Source: an uncultured Candidatus Saccharibacteria bacterium (GTDB taxonomy: Bacteria > Patescibacteriota > Dojkabacteria > B142 > JAFGMG01). From it: a stretch of 64,000 nt of DNA. Under the pieces are notes generated by a model. The model saw only the letters and a list, made by a program, of their open reading frames with translations. It was not told the origin of the DNA and did no database searches. The position numbers were made by a program, and so were the translations under genes. The stretch covers positions 26,053 through 90,052 of the forward strand of contig CAYUFB010000001.1 of the NCBI GenBank assembly GCA_964444125.1. Direction: 5' to 3'. Below, piece by piece: positions 29,604 through 38,749 of this stretch (the stretch's first letter is position 1; the number at the start of each line of letters is the position of its first letter).

Positions 29604-29840
29604 GTGTATAATAACTTTATGATTATCAAAATCAAAGTAAAATTAAGAAAAAAAGAAGCGAAGGTTAGAGAAGTCGCAGAAAATACTTACGAAGTATCGT
29701 TGAAGTCCTCGCCTATAGAAAACAAAGCAAATCTGGAATTGATTGATTTGCTCTCAAAATACTTCAATGTCTCAAAATCTAATCTCAAATTCAAATCCGG
29801 CCAATATAATAAGGAGAAGGTGATTGAAATTCAAGAATGA
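29604..29840 (+). CDS. DUF167/YggU-family protein
   Basis: 78 aa (IKIKVKLRKKEAKV...NKANLELIDLLSKYFNVSKSNL). Confidence 0.6.
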   Translation: MYNNFMIIKIKVKLRKKEAKVREVAENTYEVSLKSSPIENKANLELIDLLSKYFNVSKSNLKFKSGQYNKEKVIEIQE

Positions 29841-29958
29841 TAGTATATTTTTTTAGGTTTAAAATCATAAGATATCTACCGAGGACTTCTTCACTTGTTA
29901 CATAGATTTTGACTTACTATAATCTATGCAAATTGAAATTACTTGTTAAATATATCCA

Positions 29959-30666
29959 ATGATAGGAAGCAAAATCCAAAGAGAAATATTATCCAAATGT
30001 AGTTTTTTTGAAAAAGGAGCAAGGTATTTTGAACTAAGACCTGAGGAAGTAGAAAATGATCTGTTTAATTATCATTTACAAGAATTAGTGAAGAAAGGTT
30101 TTTTAAATAAATTAACAGATAAATATACAATTACTTTGAAAGGTAAATCATTTGTGACAAATGTTGATGAGAAAGATTTACAAACTCCACCTACTTATAA
30201 AGTTAGTGTCTATTTATGCCCTGTCAAAGGCAATAAAATAATACTTACTAGACGATTGAAACATCCTCAATACGGTTATGTCGGATTAATTGCTGAGAAA
30301 AAAAGATATGGAGAACAATTAGAAGATACCGCCAAAAGAGCTTTGCTTGAAGAAACTGGTTTAGTTGCTAGAAATGCAAATTTAATTGGTAATTTGCATC
30401 AGATTCGAAAGAATGACAAGGGCGAAGTGGTTGAGGATGGAATATTTTATATTTTTTTTATTGATAAATTTACAGGCAACCTTATTGAGAAATCTGTCGA
30501 AGGAGAGTATTTTTGGGTAGATCTTGATGAAGTGAAGGAAATTAAAAAAATTTTCAAACCAAGTTTGGAGGTAGTGATTAATGAACTTCAAGAAAGATTG
30601 TCAAATAAGAAAGACTGGGAAGATAAATTTATATATGAATTTCTGCCTGAGCCTGAGGATTATTAA
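29959..30666 (+). CDS. NUDIX hydrolase with N-terminal wHTH-like domain
   Basis: NUDIX box GEQLEDTAKRALLEETGL. Confidence 0.75.
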   Translation: MIGSKIQREILSKCSFFEKGARYFELRPEEVENDLFNYHLQELVKKGFLNKLTDKYTITLKGKSFVTNVDEKDLQTPPTYKVSVYLCPVKGNKIILTRRLKHPQYGYVGLIAEKKRYGEQLEDTAKRALLEETGLVARNANLIGNLHQIRKNDKGEVVEDGIFYIFFIDKFTGNLIEKSVEGEYFWVDLDEVKEIKKIFKPSLEVVINELQERLSNKKDWEDKFIYEFLPEPEDY

Positions 30667-30796
30667 TATTCCCAAATTTTTGGAGTTAAATCTCAAATAT
30701 GTTTTTTAATTGTATTGGCTTCAATGTCTTTTTCCCTTTGCCTCAAGATAGATTCTTTGTATACTGATCTTAGATTACTTCTTATTATTTATATAT

Positions 30797-31222
30797 ATGA
30801 CAATCTCCGATTACCTGATACTTTATCCTGTCGCATTTATTTCCTTTTTGTTAATTGATTTTATCTGGCTTGGATTTGTAGCCAAGGGTTTGTATAGCGA
30901 TATGCTTGGGCCATTGATGCGAAGAAATGCTCAAGGAGATCTCAATCCTATTTGGTGGGCAGCGATATTATTCTATGCTTTATTTGTAGCGATACTTGTA
31001 TATTTTGTCATGCCAAGAGCAATTGAAGCAAATTCTTTTTGGATTACGATTCTTAATGGCGCGCTTTTTGGACTTGTCACATATGCCACATACGATCTGA
31101 CAAATTATTCAACTTTACAAGGCTTCCCGCTAAAAATCGTATTTATAGATATCATCTGGGGTATGGTGCTTTCTGCAAGTGTCATCGGTGTCACCTATGG
31201 AGTGTGGAGTTATGTTCGCTAA
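30797..31222 (+). CDS. DUF2177-like membrane protein
   Basis: 141 aa with 4 TM helices. Confidence 0.55.
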   Translation: MTISDYLILYPVAFISFLLIDFIWLGFVAKGLYSDMLGPLMRRNAQGDLNPIWWAAILFYALFVAILVYFVMPRAIEANSFWITILNGALFGLVTYATYDLTNYSTLQGFPLKIVFIDIIWGMVLSASVIGVTYGVWSYVR

Positions 31223-31368
31223 TAGTGTCATTTGTTCGCATATTGAATTCTTTCTGAGTTTGCGTATTATTGATTGATCGTTTTGATTTAATTTATGAAT
31301 TGCATTGTATATAGATAGCTTTTGTTGATAATTATTCAATTTAACTATAAAAATTTAAATTATTCTTG

Positions 31369-31374
31369 TATAAT
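31369..31374 (+). promoter_or_regulatory. putative -10 box (TATAAT) for tRNA-Gly
   Basis: TATAAT lies 25 nt upstream of the tRNA 5' end. Confidence 0.3.
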
Positions 31375-31398
31375 TGAACTTAGTTTAACAATTTAGTC

Positions 31399-31470
31399 GC
31401 GGGCATAGTATAGCGGCTATTATGTCAGTTTTCCAAACTGAAGACACGGGTTCGATTCCCGTTGCCCGCT
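31399..31470 (+). tRNA. tRNA-Gly (anticodon TCC)
   Basis: Cloverleaf with 7-bp acceptor gcgggca/tgcccgc, anticodon stem tcagt/actga, loop ttTCCaa and T-arm GGTTCGATTCC. No encoded CCA. Confidence 0.9.
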
Positions 31471-31526
31471 TTTAGATTTAGTTTGCAATACTGAGCATGT
31501 CGAAGAAGAGCAATACTAAATCTTAA

Positions 31527-31561
31527 ATCCCGTAAACAAATGAAATGAAGTTTTACGGGAT
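31527..31561. terminator. hairpin atcccgtaaa-N15-tttacgggat downstream of tRNA-Gly (terminator-like; stem recurs near tRNA-Gln)
   Basis: Perfect 10-bp stem. The same stem sequence is found at 47941-47974. Confidence 0.4.
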
Positions 31562-31804
31562 CTAATTCCCAAAAGAGAAAGAGAGAAATTCTTAAAATCC
31601 GGTATCGGAAGACAGTTGATAAAGATATTGATTCTTGGGAACACGTGAATCGTTTACAACCCCAAACTAAAACAATATAATTACTCTATGAATATCAGGT
31701 GAGCGAAAATAGAGAAGTACGATTTGGATTTTAATCAATTGCCAATTCATAAATAATAAAGTCCTAATTTCGTCTTATTATCAATACTTATTATCAAACC
31801 TATA

Positions 31805-32122
31805 ATGATTCATATGAGCAAAAGTAATGATGCAAAAGGTTGGTATCTTGGTCCATGGAATTCAGAAATTGAAGTCCCAATAGGGTTTGCGAATGAAGGT
31901 ATAAAAGAAAAACATGTGCATCATAAAATGAACGAAATATATTTGATAGCAAGGGGGACAAGTACTATCGAAGTTGACGATAAAGAGATAACTCTCAAGG
32001 AGGGAGATATAATTGTTTTGGAGCCTAACGAAATTCATACATTTAAAGATAGTTCAAAAGATTATTTACATTTTGTCATTCACACTCCATTTGTAAAAGA
32101 TGACAAGGAGTTAGTTAAATAA
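31805..32122 (+). CDS. cupin-domain protein
   Basis: 105 aa with small beta-barrel motifs (HHKMNEIYLIARG...GDIIVLEPNEIHTF). Confidence 0.6.
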   Translation: MIHMSKSNDAKGWYLGPWNSEIEVPIGFANEGIKEKHVHHKMNEIYLIARGTSTIEVDDKEITLKEGDIIVLEPNEIHTFKDSSKDYLHFVIHTPFVKDDKELVK

Positions 32123-32123
32123 T

Positions 32124-32678
32124 ATGAATATTAGAAAAGCAAAATATGAGGATTATGATTTGATCGTCAAGCTAAGAAAACCGATCTTAACTCCTCAAGT
32201 CCGAACAAATTATGAGTTAAGTCAAAGTGGCTTTCTGATTGGAGATTACTCGATACAAGATTTTGAGAAGGATATGAAAGATATATTTCTTGTTGCTCTT
32301 AAGAATAAGGAAGTTGTCGGATACATTGTTTTGTCCAAAGTGAAAGAGTATTTGGATAATGAATCCAAAGTTTGGAATGAAGAAGCCTATAAAGAAAAAT
32401 ACTATTCGTTAGATACCATTGAAATCAAAGTACTATGTGTCTCAGGTTCTTATGCCAATCGTGGTTTAGGGAGTGCATTACTTGAAACATCTCTAGATTT
32501 ATTGAATGCAAAGTATAAAAGGATCTCTAGTATTATTACACTTGCTCCGGTTCCAAATTATAAATCGCTGAATTTCCATTTGCATAAAGGGTTTAAGGTT
32601 GTTTCAATATCTTTGCCTCAGAAGCTTTTTGGATTTGAGAATTACCAGAGTATCTTGCTTATGAAAGAGCTCATGTAG
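32124..32678 (+). CDS. GNAT family N-acetyltransferase
   Basis: 184 aa with the acetyl-CoA binding motif (CVSGSYANRGLGSALLE). Confidence 0.65.
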   Translation: MNIRKAKYEDYDLIVKLRKPILTPQVRTNYELSQSGFLIGDYSIQDFEKDMKDIFLVALKNKEVVGYIVLSKVKEYLDNESKVWNEEAYKEKYYSLDTIEIKVLCVSGSYANRGLGSALLETSLDLLNAKYKRISSIITLAPVPNYKSLNFHLHKGFKVVSISLPQKLFGFENYQSILLMKELM

Positions 32679-32834
32679 GTTTTCTCCATTTGGTCTTACC
32701 TTTTTTGATAATAATAGCGATCTATAAATATTTCCCAAATTATTGTATAATCTCTCAGAGATTCAGAAAAAAGAAAAGCAATTTTTCAATAAATTCTATT
32801 AAATCTTTAGCTATTCATATTAAAAATTAGTACC

Positions 32835-33002
32835 ATGGCAAAAAAAGGAAACAGACAACTTGTCAGATTGATTAACAAAATTACAGGTACTTTCTATGTA
32901 TCAGAGAAGAATAGAGTTAATACAACTGATAAGATGAAAGTCAAAAAGTTTGACAAAAAAACCGGCAAACATGAAATGTTTGAGGAAATCAAGATCAAAT
33001 AA
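32835..33002 (+). CDS. rpmG: 50S ribosomal protein L33 (Cys-less form)
   Basis: 55 aa: MAKKGNRQLVRLINKITGTFYVSEKNRVNTTDKMKVKKFDKKTGKHEMFEEIKIK. It is below the ORF-track size cutoff and is followed by a strong intrinsic terminator. Confidence 0.8.
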   Translation: MAKKGNRQLVRLINKITGTFYVSEKNRVNTTDKMKVKKFDKKTGKHEMFEEIKIK

Positions 33003-33148
33003 GTGAGCAAAGAGCATAAGTGAAAACTTTGCAAAAGCAGTCTGGAGCTTTTTAATTCAGGCAATACAATAAAATTTAAGATAACTTAAATCAAGTTAAA
33101 CAAAAGGTGGAACCGTCCTCTGTTAGTTGCAGAAAAGTTTTATTAAAC

Positions 33149-33206
33149 AGGGACCCTTACAATAAGTATACTAATAAATAGTTACTTGTTGTGAGGGTCT
33201 TTTTTG
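33149..33206 (+). terminator. rho-independent terminator after rpmG
   Basis: Stem agggacccttacaataagta / tacttgttgtgagggtct (with G-U pairs) followed by TTTTTTG. Confidence 0.65.
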
Positions 33207-33248
33207 TTTATATATTTAGTCTTACTTGTTTGTTTTGGGTAGCAATTT

Positions 33249-33299
33249 CGAAAACTGGAGACTAAATGCTGAAGACTGAAAGCTGAATACTGAATACTT
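33249..33299 (+). promoter_or_regulatory. ctgaa-rich motif upstream of thrS (copy 2)
   Basis: gaaaactggagactaaatgctgaagactgaaagctgaatactgaatactt. Compare 21638-21687. Confidence 0.4.
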
Positions 33300-33319
33300 A
33301 TTTTTTATTATTAATCAAA

Positions 33320-35152
33320 ATGGCCGACAAATATGAGGATTATAAAGATAACTTACCCAAATATGTCAGTGACACAAATTTTCATCTATATTGCATCAGG
33401 CATAGTTGTGAACATGTGCTGACTCAGGCAATGCATAATATCTGGGGAGAAGAAAAAGTCGTCATGGCTATGGGGCCTGCTACAGAAGATGGGTTCTATT
33501 TCGACTTCGATCCTTCAGAAGATCTGAAAATTTCGGAAGAAGATTTTGCGAAAATCGAAGAGGAAATGAAAAAAATAATTAAAGAAGGCCAGGAGATTAA
33601 AAAAAGAGAAATCTCAATTGAAGAAGCACGTAAACTATTTGCAAATAATCCATACAAACAAGAATGGCTTGATGAAATTGAAGCGAAGGGTGAGAAGTCT
33701 GTAAGTATTTATGAAAACTTCAATCAAAAAGGAAAAGTAGTCTTTGTCGATCTTTGCAAAGGACCACATATATCAAATACTTCAGAGATCAAAGCTTTCA
33801 AGTTATTATCTATTGCTGGTGCTTATTGGCGTGGAGATGAATCAAATAAGATGCTTACACGTATCTATGGTACAGCATTTCTTTCGCAAGAAGAATTGGA
33901 AAAGCATTTGGTATTTTTGGAAGAGGTGAAACTTCGAGATCACAAAAGACTTGGTAAACAATTAGATTTGTTTGTTTTTTCTGAATTAGTAGGTGGTGGA
34001 CTTCCGATGTGGACTCCGAAAGGCACTATCCTTCGCGAGGAATTGGACAAATTTGTATGGGAATTAAGGCGTGCGAGAGGGTATCAAAAAGTATCAATTC
34101 CGCATATAACTAAGAAGGCTCTCTATGAGACAAGTGGTCACTGGGCGAAATTCTCAGAAGAATTGTTCAAAATTACAACTAGAGAAGGGCATGAATTTGC
34201 GATGAAACCTATGAATTGTCCTCACCATACTCAAATATATGATCACGTTCAAAGAAGTTATAGGGACTTGCCCCAAAGATATGCTGAGACAACTATGGTT
34301 TATAGAGATGAACAAAGTGGAGAATTATCAGGTCTTTCTCGTGTTAGATGTATCACACAAGATGATGCACATGTATTTTGCAGATTCCCTCAATTAAGAG
34401 AAGAATTTTTTAAAATTTGGGATATTGTAGATGAATTCTATACAAAATTTGGTTTCAAACTAGATGTGAGATTGTCATTTCATGATCCAGAGAATTTCAA
34501 AGTATATCTTGGTACAAAAGAAATCTGGCAAAAAGCAGAAGCTGAATTAGTTGAAATCGCTAAAGAAAGAGGTGTTGAGTACAATGTAACTTTAAGGGAG
34601 GCCGCTATGTATGGACCAAAAATAGACTTTGTTACAAAGGATTCACTTGGAAGAGAATGGCAGGTAGCTACAATTCAACTTGACATGAATATGCCAGAGA
34701 GATTTGATTTGAATTGCATAAATGAATCGGGTGAGAAAGAACGAGTTGTGATGATCCATGCCGCTATCATGGGATCAATTGAGAGATTTGTATCTGTCAT
34801 GATTGAGCATCTTGCTGGTAATTTCCCAGTCTGGTTGGCTCCTGATCAGGTGGTGATTATCCCAATTGGAGAAGATAATCATGCTTATGCCGATAAAATT
34901 GAAAAAGAATTAATCGAAGAAGGTATCAGAGTCCTCAATGATAAAAGAGCAGATACCATGCAAGCCAAAATTAGAGAAGCACAGGAATTGAAAATTCCAT
35001 ATATGGTTATTGTAGGGCGGAGGGAGGAAGAAAATAATACAGTTTCAATACGTTTTAGAGGGAAGAAGGAGAATTTGGTTATTGATCTTAAGGAGTTTGT
35101 TGATAAACTAGAAGAAAAGATTGAAAAAAGGGAATTAGAATTGAATTTGTAA
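33320..35152 (+). CDS. thrS: threonyl-tRNA synthetase (lacking N-terminal TGS domain)
   Basis: 610 aa with a second-additional/editing domain (RHSCEHVLTQA), class II catalytic core and a C-terminal anticodon-binding domain. Confidence 0.9.
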   Translation: MADKYEDYKDNLPKYVSDTNFHLYCIRHSCEHVLTQAMHNIWGEEKVVMAMGPATEDGFYFDFDPSEDLKISEEDFAKIEEEMKKIIKEGQEIKKREISIEEARKLFANNPYKQEWLDEIEAKGEKSVSIYENFNQKGKVVFVDLCKGPHISNTSEIKAFKLLSIAGAYWRGDESNKMLTRIYGTAFLSQEELEKHLVFLEEVKLRDHKRLGKQLDLFVFSELVGGGLPMWTPKGTILREELDKFVWELRRARGYQKVSIPHITKKALYETSGHWAKFSEELFKITTREGHEFAMKPMNCPHHTQIYDHVQRSYRDLPQRYAETTMVYRDEQSGELSGLSRVRCITQDDAHVFCRFPQLREEFFKIWDIVDEFYTKFGFKLDVRLSFHDPENFKVYLGTKEIWQKAEAELVEIAKERGVEYNVTLREAAMYGPKIDFVTKDSLGREWQVATIQLDMNMPERFDLNCINESGEKERVVMIHAAIMGSIERFVSVMIEHLAGNFPVWLAPDQVVIIPIGEDNHAYADKIEKELIEEGIRVLNDKRADTMQAKIREAQELKIPYMVIVGRREEENNTVSIRFRGKKENLVIDLKEFVDKLEEKIEKRELELNL

Positions 35153-35183
35153 TATACTGATAGTAGGTAATTTAATAATCAAA

Positions 35184-36017
35184 ATGCCAAAGTCAGTAAA
35201 GTTTAATAAGAAATATTTTGCTATTTTTGTAGTAGTGTCTTTGATTGTTATAAGCTTTGGTTCTTGGGTCCTTGTGCAAAAAAGGAGTAATAGTGGCAAT
35301 TCGAAGAATTCTCCACAGACAGTTTCCAAAAGCTTTGATGAAGTCAATCATAATAAACAAGTTCAAGGAATTGATGATAGTGAGATGATTAATGATCTCG
35401 AGTCAACCCCTCAAAAAGTAACAGATGATCAGATAGAGACAAAGGAGTCGGTAAGTACTGTTGTTCACAAACTATCTTCGGTTCCAAAAACAACAACTCC
35501 TGCACCTGCTCCAATACCTAGTCCATGTCCTGTTTCGACAAAAAGTTGTATACCTTGTTCTATTGGTCAATCTTTATGCAGATACGAATCTGGTGCGACA
35601 TCTGGCTTCCTTGGTTGGGCTTGTCAAAATAATAATCTGGGGAATATTAGATATTCTACTGCAAGAATTGGCTATATCACCAAACATGGAGGTCCTGCTC
35701 CTTGTGGTGAGAGAATTGACTCACGTGGTGGTACTTATATGATTTTTTCTACTTATCAAGATGGTAGAAATGCTCTAAGAGCATATTTATTGGCTCTAAA
35801 TGCTGGCACTCATACAGCATATCCTGAATGTGCAAGTGGAAATTGTGATTTAATTTATGTTTTCTCAAAATATGCTCCAGGAGATACAAATTATGCCCAA
35901 AATATAGCAGATAGACTTGGTGTTACAGCTGATACCAAATTTAGATGGGTCGTTGAAAATAAAATGGAGCAATTGCTAAATGCTATTGAGATCAAAGAAG
36001 GCTTTTTTAGTAACTAA
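35184..36017 (+). CDS. membrane-anchored Cys-rich extracytoplasmic protein, hypothetical
   Basis: 277 aa with an N-terminal TM, a Pro/Thr linker and a Cys-rich C-terminal domain (NNLGNIRYS...). Confidence 0.55.
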   Translation: MPKSVKFNKKYFAIFVVVSLIVISFGSWVLVQKRSNSGNSKNSPQTVSKSFDEVNHNKQVQGIDDSEMINDLESTPQKVTDDQIETKESVSTVVHKLSSVPKTTTPAPAPIPSPCPVSTKSCIPCSIGQSLCRYESGATSGFLGWACQNNNLGNIRYSTARIGYITKHGGPAPCGERIDSRGGTYMIFSTYQDGRNALRAYLLALNAGTHTAYPECASGNCDLIYVFSKYAPGDTNYAQNIADRLGVTADTKFRWVVENKMEQLLNAIEIKEGFFSN

Positions 36018-36742
36018 GCAATGCTTCTGATTTTTCTAAATAATTTCAGTGGTGCGAGATATAGCTTAAATCTGGTTAAGAAATGAGCAAACATCAATGT
36101 CGCAAACGCTATCGATAATTCCACATGCCAGTATAGGAAATCAAAATCAATCTCTCGAATGGCATCGAAGCGATAAGACATCACCATGATGAATCCAAAA
36201 ACTGCAGATGGAATAAGTCCAAGTAAAAGTAATGTATTGAAAGTTAAATTAAAGGTGTTTTTGTTGAATAATTTGGTTTTGTTTCTTAATTCTGTTTTGG
36301 TCAATCCCCAATATAGTAGGTATAATCCACCTGATATGGCTACGGGTACTAGTGCGTTATAAGGATTATTTGATTTTGTTTCAGATTCTGATGATCGTGT
36401 TGTATAAGTTATATCGCTAATTCCTTCTATTTTGATTTCGCCAATATAATAATTCTCTAAATCTCTGTAAACAAATGGTTTGTGATCTTGGTCCATTCCT
36501 GCTTTATCCTTGAAAGCTTCGGTCATATCTTCTCCGCACCAGGGTAGTATGTCCATGAATCTATCTTCATGATCTTTTAAGTGCTCGGCACTGAAATCGT
36601 ATACTTTTCCTTCGAAAGTCATCCAGCAATCAGCTTCGCTATCATGCAGTTCTACCTCGGATAGAGTATATGAATTTGCAAAAGATAAGGCTGGACTGAA
36701 AAATATTACAAGAACGGGAACTATTAGTGCATATTTCTGCAT
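36014..36742 (-). CDS. cytochrome b5-like heme/steroid-binding domain membrane protein
   Basis: 242 aa. Signal peptide, b5-like core (HDSEADCWMTFEGKVYDFSAEHLKDH) without the canonical HPGG, then 3-4 TM helices. Confidence 0.45.
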   Translation of the reverse strand: MQKYALIVPVLVIFFSPALSFANSYTLSEVELHDSEADCWMTFEGKVYDFSAEHLKDHEDRFMDILPWCGEDMTEAFKDKAGMDQDHKPFVYRDLENYYIGEIKIEGISDITYTTRSSESETKSNNPYNALVPVAISGGLYLLYWGLTKTELRNKTKLFNKNTFNLTFNTLLLLGLIPSAVFGFIMVMSYRFDAIREIDFDFLYWHVELSIAFATLMFAHFLTRFKLYLAPLKLFRKIRSIA

Positions 36743-36828
36743 GAAATAATAATAATAATTTATTATATAATGGAATTATTCTAAAGAAATAGGTATTATT
36801 TGTCTAATATTTTTAAATTTCTAGCTTC

Positions 36829-37209
36829 ATGTCAAATTATACAAATCCAATTCAGGCAAAAATTGACGAATTTATCAAAGAAAGAGATTGGGACAAATTG
36901 GATACTATTGGAGTCTATAATATGCTTTGTAATATTGGAGAAGAAACAGGGGAGATCTGGAACGAGATTAAATGGATAAATAATGATGAGGATCTGAAAA
37001 AAGTTATTGAAAAAGAAAAAGATGAATTAGCCGATGGTATAGGGGATTTGGTCTGGTGCGTAGCAAGACTTGCAAATATTTTCGGAGTTGACATGCAAAA
37101 AGCAGTTGAAGCAAGCCATGCTGAATATGAAGAGCGATTCCCAATTGATAAGGTCAAAGATCGGTCCGGCAATCCAAGTTTAGGTGGGTATGATGGAAAG
37201 TATGAGTAA
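36829..37209 (+). CDS. MazG-like nucleotide pyrophosphohydrolase
   Basis: 126 aa (EETGEIWNEI...DELADGIGDLVWCVARLANIFGVD). Confidence 0.65.
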   Translation: MSNYTNPIQAKIDEFIKERDWDKLDTIGVYNMLCNIGEETGEIWNEIKWINNDEDLKKVIEKEKDELADGIGDLVWCVARLANIFGVDMQKAVEASHAEYEERFPIDKVKDRSGNPSLGGYDGKYE

Positions 37210-37210
37210 T

Positions 37211-37390
37211 GCTTGCCTGCCTCTGGCAGGCTTATCTTGAGCGAAGTCGAAGGGAGTAATGTTTATCCGCCTCCTTGCCTGCCTTTGGCATGGTGGCGGG
37301 AGTGATGTTTACCCTGAGAGAAGCTCAAGGGAGTAGGTTTATCCGTCTCTGGCAGGCTTGTCCTGAAGGAAGCAGAAGGGAGTGATGAGG
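37211..37390. repeat. GC-rich imperfect tandem repeat (~50-nt unit, ~3.5 copies)
   Basis: Units share the pattern gtttatccg.ctctggcaggctt.tc.tga...gaagggagtgat. Unit 1 contains the perfect inverted repeat gcctgcc-tct-ggcaggc. The region is much more GC-rich than its surroundings. Confidence 0.6.
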
Positions 37391-37419
37391 ATTAATTTGG
37401 AAATTTTAAATAAATATTC

Positions 37420-38037
37420 ATGTGCACTCTGATTTTAACCTCTTATGCTTGTGTCGTAATAGACTTAATAAATAAGCTTCTTCCAAATAAAGAAAAGCTA
37501 AAAGTGGCTTTTCTTCCAACAGCAGGAGATCCTTATGAAGATAAATTCTTTGTCGAGAATGATAGAAAAGCATTGGTAGATTTGGTAATGGACGTAATTG
37601 AGGTTGATATTAAATTGATCAGGCAAAAAGAATTGGAAAAAATACTTAATGATGTAGATATAATTTTTGTCGCTGGTGGTAATGTTTTTTATCTCATGCA
37701 GGAGATGAGAAATAGTGGGTTTGATAGAATTGTTAAAGATATGTTAGAAAAAGGCAAAATATATATTGGCTCTAGTGCAGGTTCTGTTATTTGTTCTCCT
37801 ACTATAGAAGGATTCAAACAATTTGATGACCCATCTTTGGCACCAGGTCTAGAAAATTACAATGGACTTGATCTAGTCGATTCCATAATAATTCCTCATG
37901 CTCAAAAGGAAAAATATTTCGAACGGATAGAGAAGACTTCACTAGCTATGAATAAACTGGGATACGATGTAATAAAATTAACTGACAATCAAGCTTTCGT
38001 CGTGAAAGGAAAGAAAGGTGAAGTGATAAGTAGCTGA
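37420..38037 (+). CDS. peptidase S51 (dipeptidase E/cyanophycinase-like, class I glutamine amidotransferase fold)
   Basis: 205 aa with IFVAGGNVFYLMQEM and the Ser nucleophile context GSSAGSVIC. Confidence 0.7.
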   Translation: MCTLILTSYACVVIDLINKLLPNKEKLKVAFLPTAGDPYEDKFFVENDRKALVDLVMDVIEVDIKLIRQKELEKILNDVDIIFVAGGNVFYLMQEMRNSGFDRIVKDMLEKGKIYIGSSAGSVICSPTIEGFKQFDDPSLAPGLENYNGLDLVDSIIIPHAQKEKYFERIEKTSLAMNKLGYDVIKLTDNQAFVVKGKKGEVISS

Positions 38038-38111
38038 CAAAATTTGAAAAACTTAGACTTATAGAAGCATCCTATTTTTTTGTCAGGATTGGTTTCACTT
38101 AGCGACTAAAA

Positions 38112-38195
38112 CGGAGAGGACAGGATTCGAACCTGCGAGGGATTGCTCCCGCAGTCTTTCCAGGACTGTGCCTTGAACCACTCGGCCACCTCTCC
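38112..38195 (-). tRNA. tRNA-Ser (anticodon GGA)
   Basis: The reverse complement begins GGAGAGGTGGCCGAGTGGTTCAAGGC. Anticodon stem cagtc/gactg with loop ctGGAaa, a long variable arm and T-arm GGTTCGAATCC. Confidence 0.9.
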
Positions 38196-38325
38196 ACGTC
38201 GGAAAACTATCTATTGGATTATAACATTATTTGTTATTTATGAGAGCTGGTATTTTTGTTGATATTATCCTTGATTTATCAGATACTTGTATTGTTTGAG
38301 TTGTTTTTATTATTTGAAAGATACT

Positions 38326-38601
38326 ATGAAAAAATCATTCTGGTTAGTTGCTGGTTTTCTCTTATCAATTCCAGTTGGAGGTATTATCGGGGCATTTATT
38401 GGCTTGATGACAACTACATTCATTCCAATGTGTTGTGAAGATAGCGGCTGTCATAGTTGTTTCGATTTTTATGGAAGAGTAGGATATGAAGCAACAGGTT
38501 TCTTGGGCTTTTGGATCGGATTATTTGTTTTCCCATTGTTATTGATATCGTCAATATTATATATAAAATATGTAATTAAACGGAAATATGCTATAATATA
38601 G
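38326..38601 (+). CDS. small membrane protein, hypothetical
   Basis: About 91 aa from MKKSFWLVAGFLL, with 3 TM helices. The ORF track starts it at 38287. Confidence 0.45.
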   Translation: MKKSFWLVAGFLLSIPVGGIIGAFIGLMTTTFIPMCCEDSGCHSCFDFYGRVGYEATGFLGFWIGLFVFPLLLISSILYIKYVIKRKYAII

Positions 38602-38749
38602 CTACTTCGATTTTAACTAATGTAGTAATCTTTCGGAGCGTGCCTCTGAAGGAGTTTAATCAAAAATAATCCATTGATAATTTCTTTCGATAAATAGGCT
38701 TAAGCCAGCAAATTTTGTTGGTGTATATTTTTTTTAAAAGAAATTTAAA

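Noticed and set aside
37211-37390. Possible CRISPR array (direct repeats)
   Set aside because: The repeats are imperfect and directly contiguous, with no unique spacers, variable unit length and no cas genes anywhere in the window.
38256-38438. 60-aa ORF overlapping the small membrane protein gene
   Set aside because: It is an alternative-frame overlap with the 38326-38601 gene, which has the more convincing TM protein sequence.
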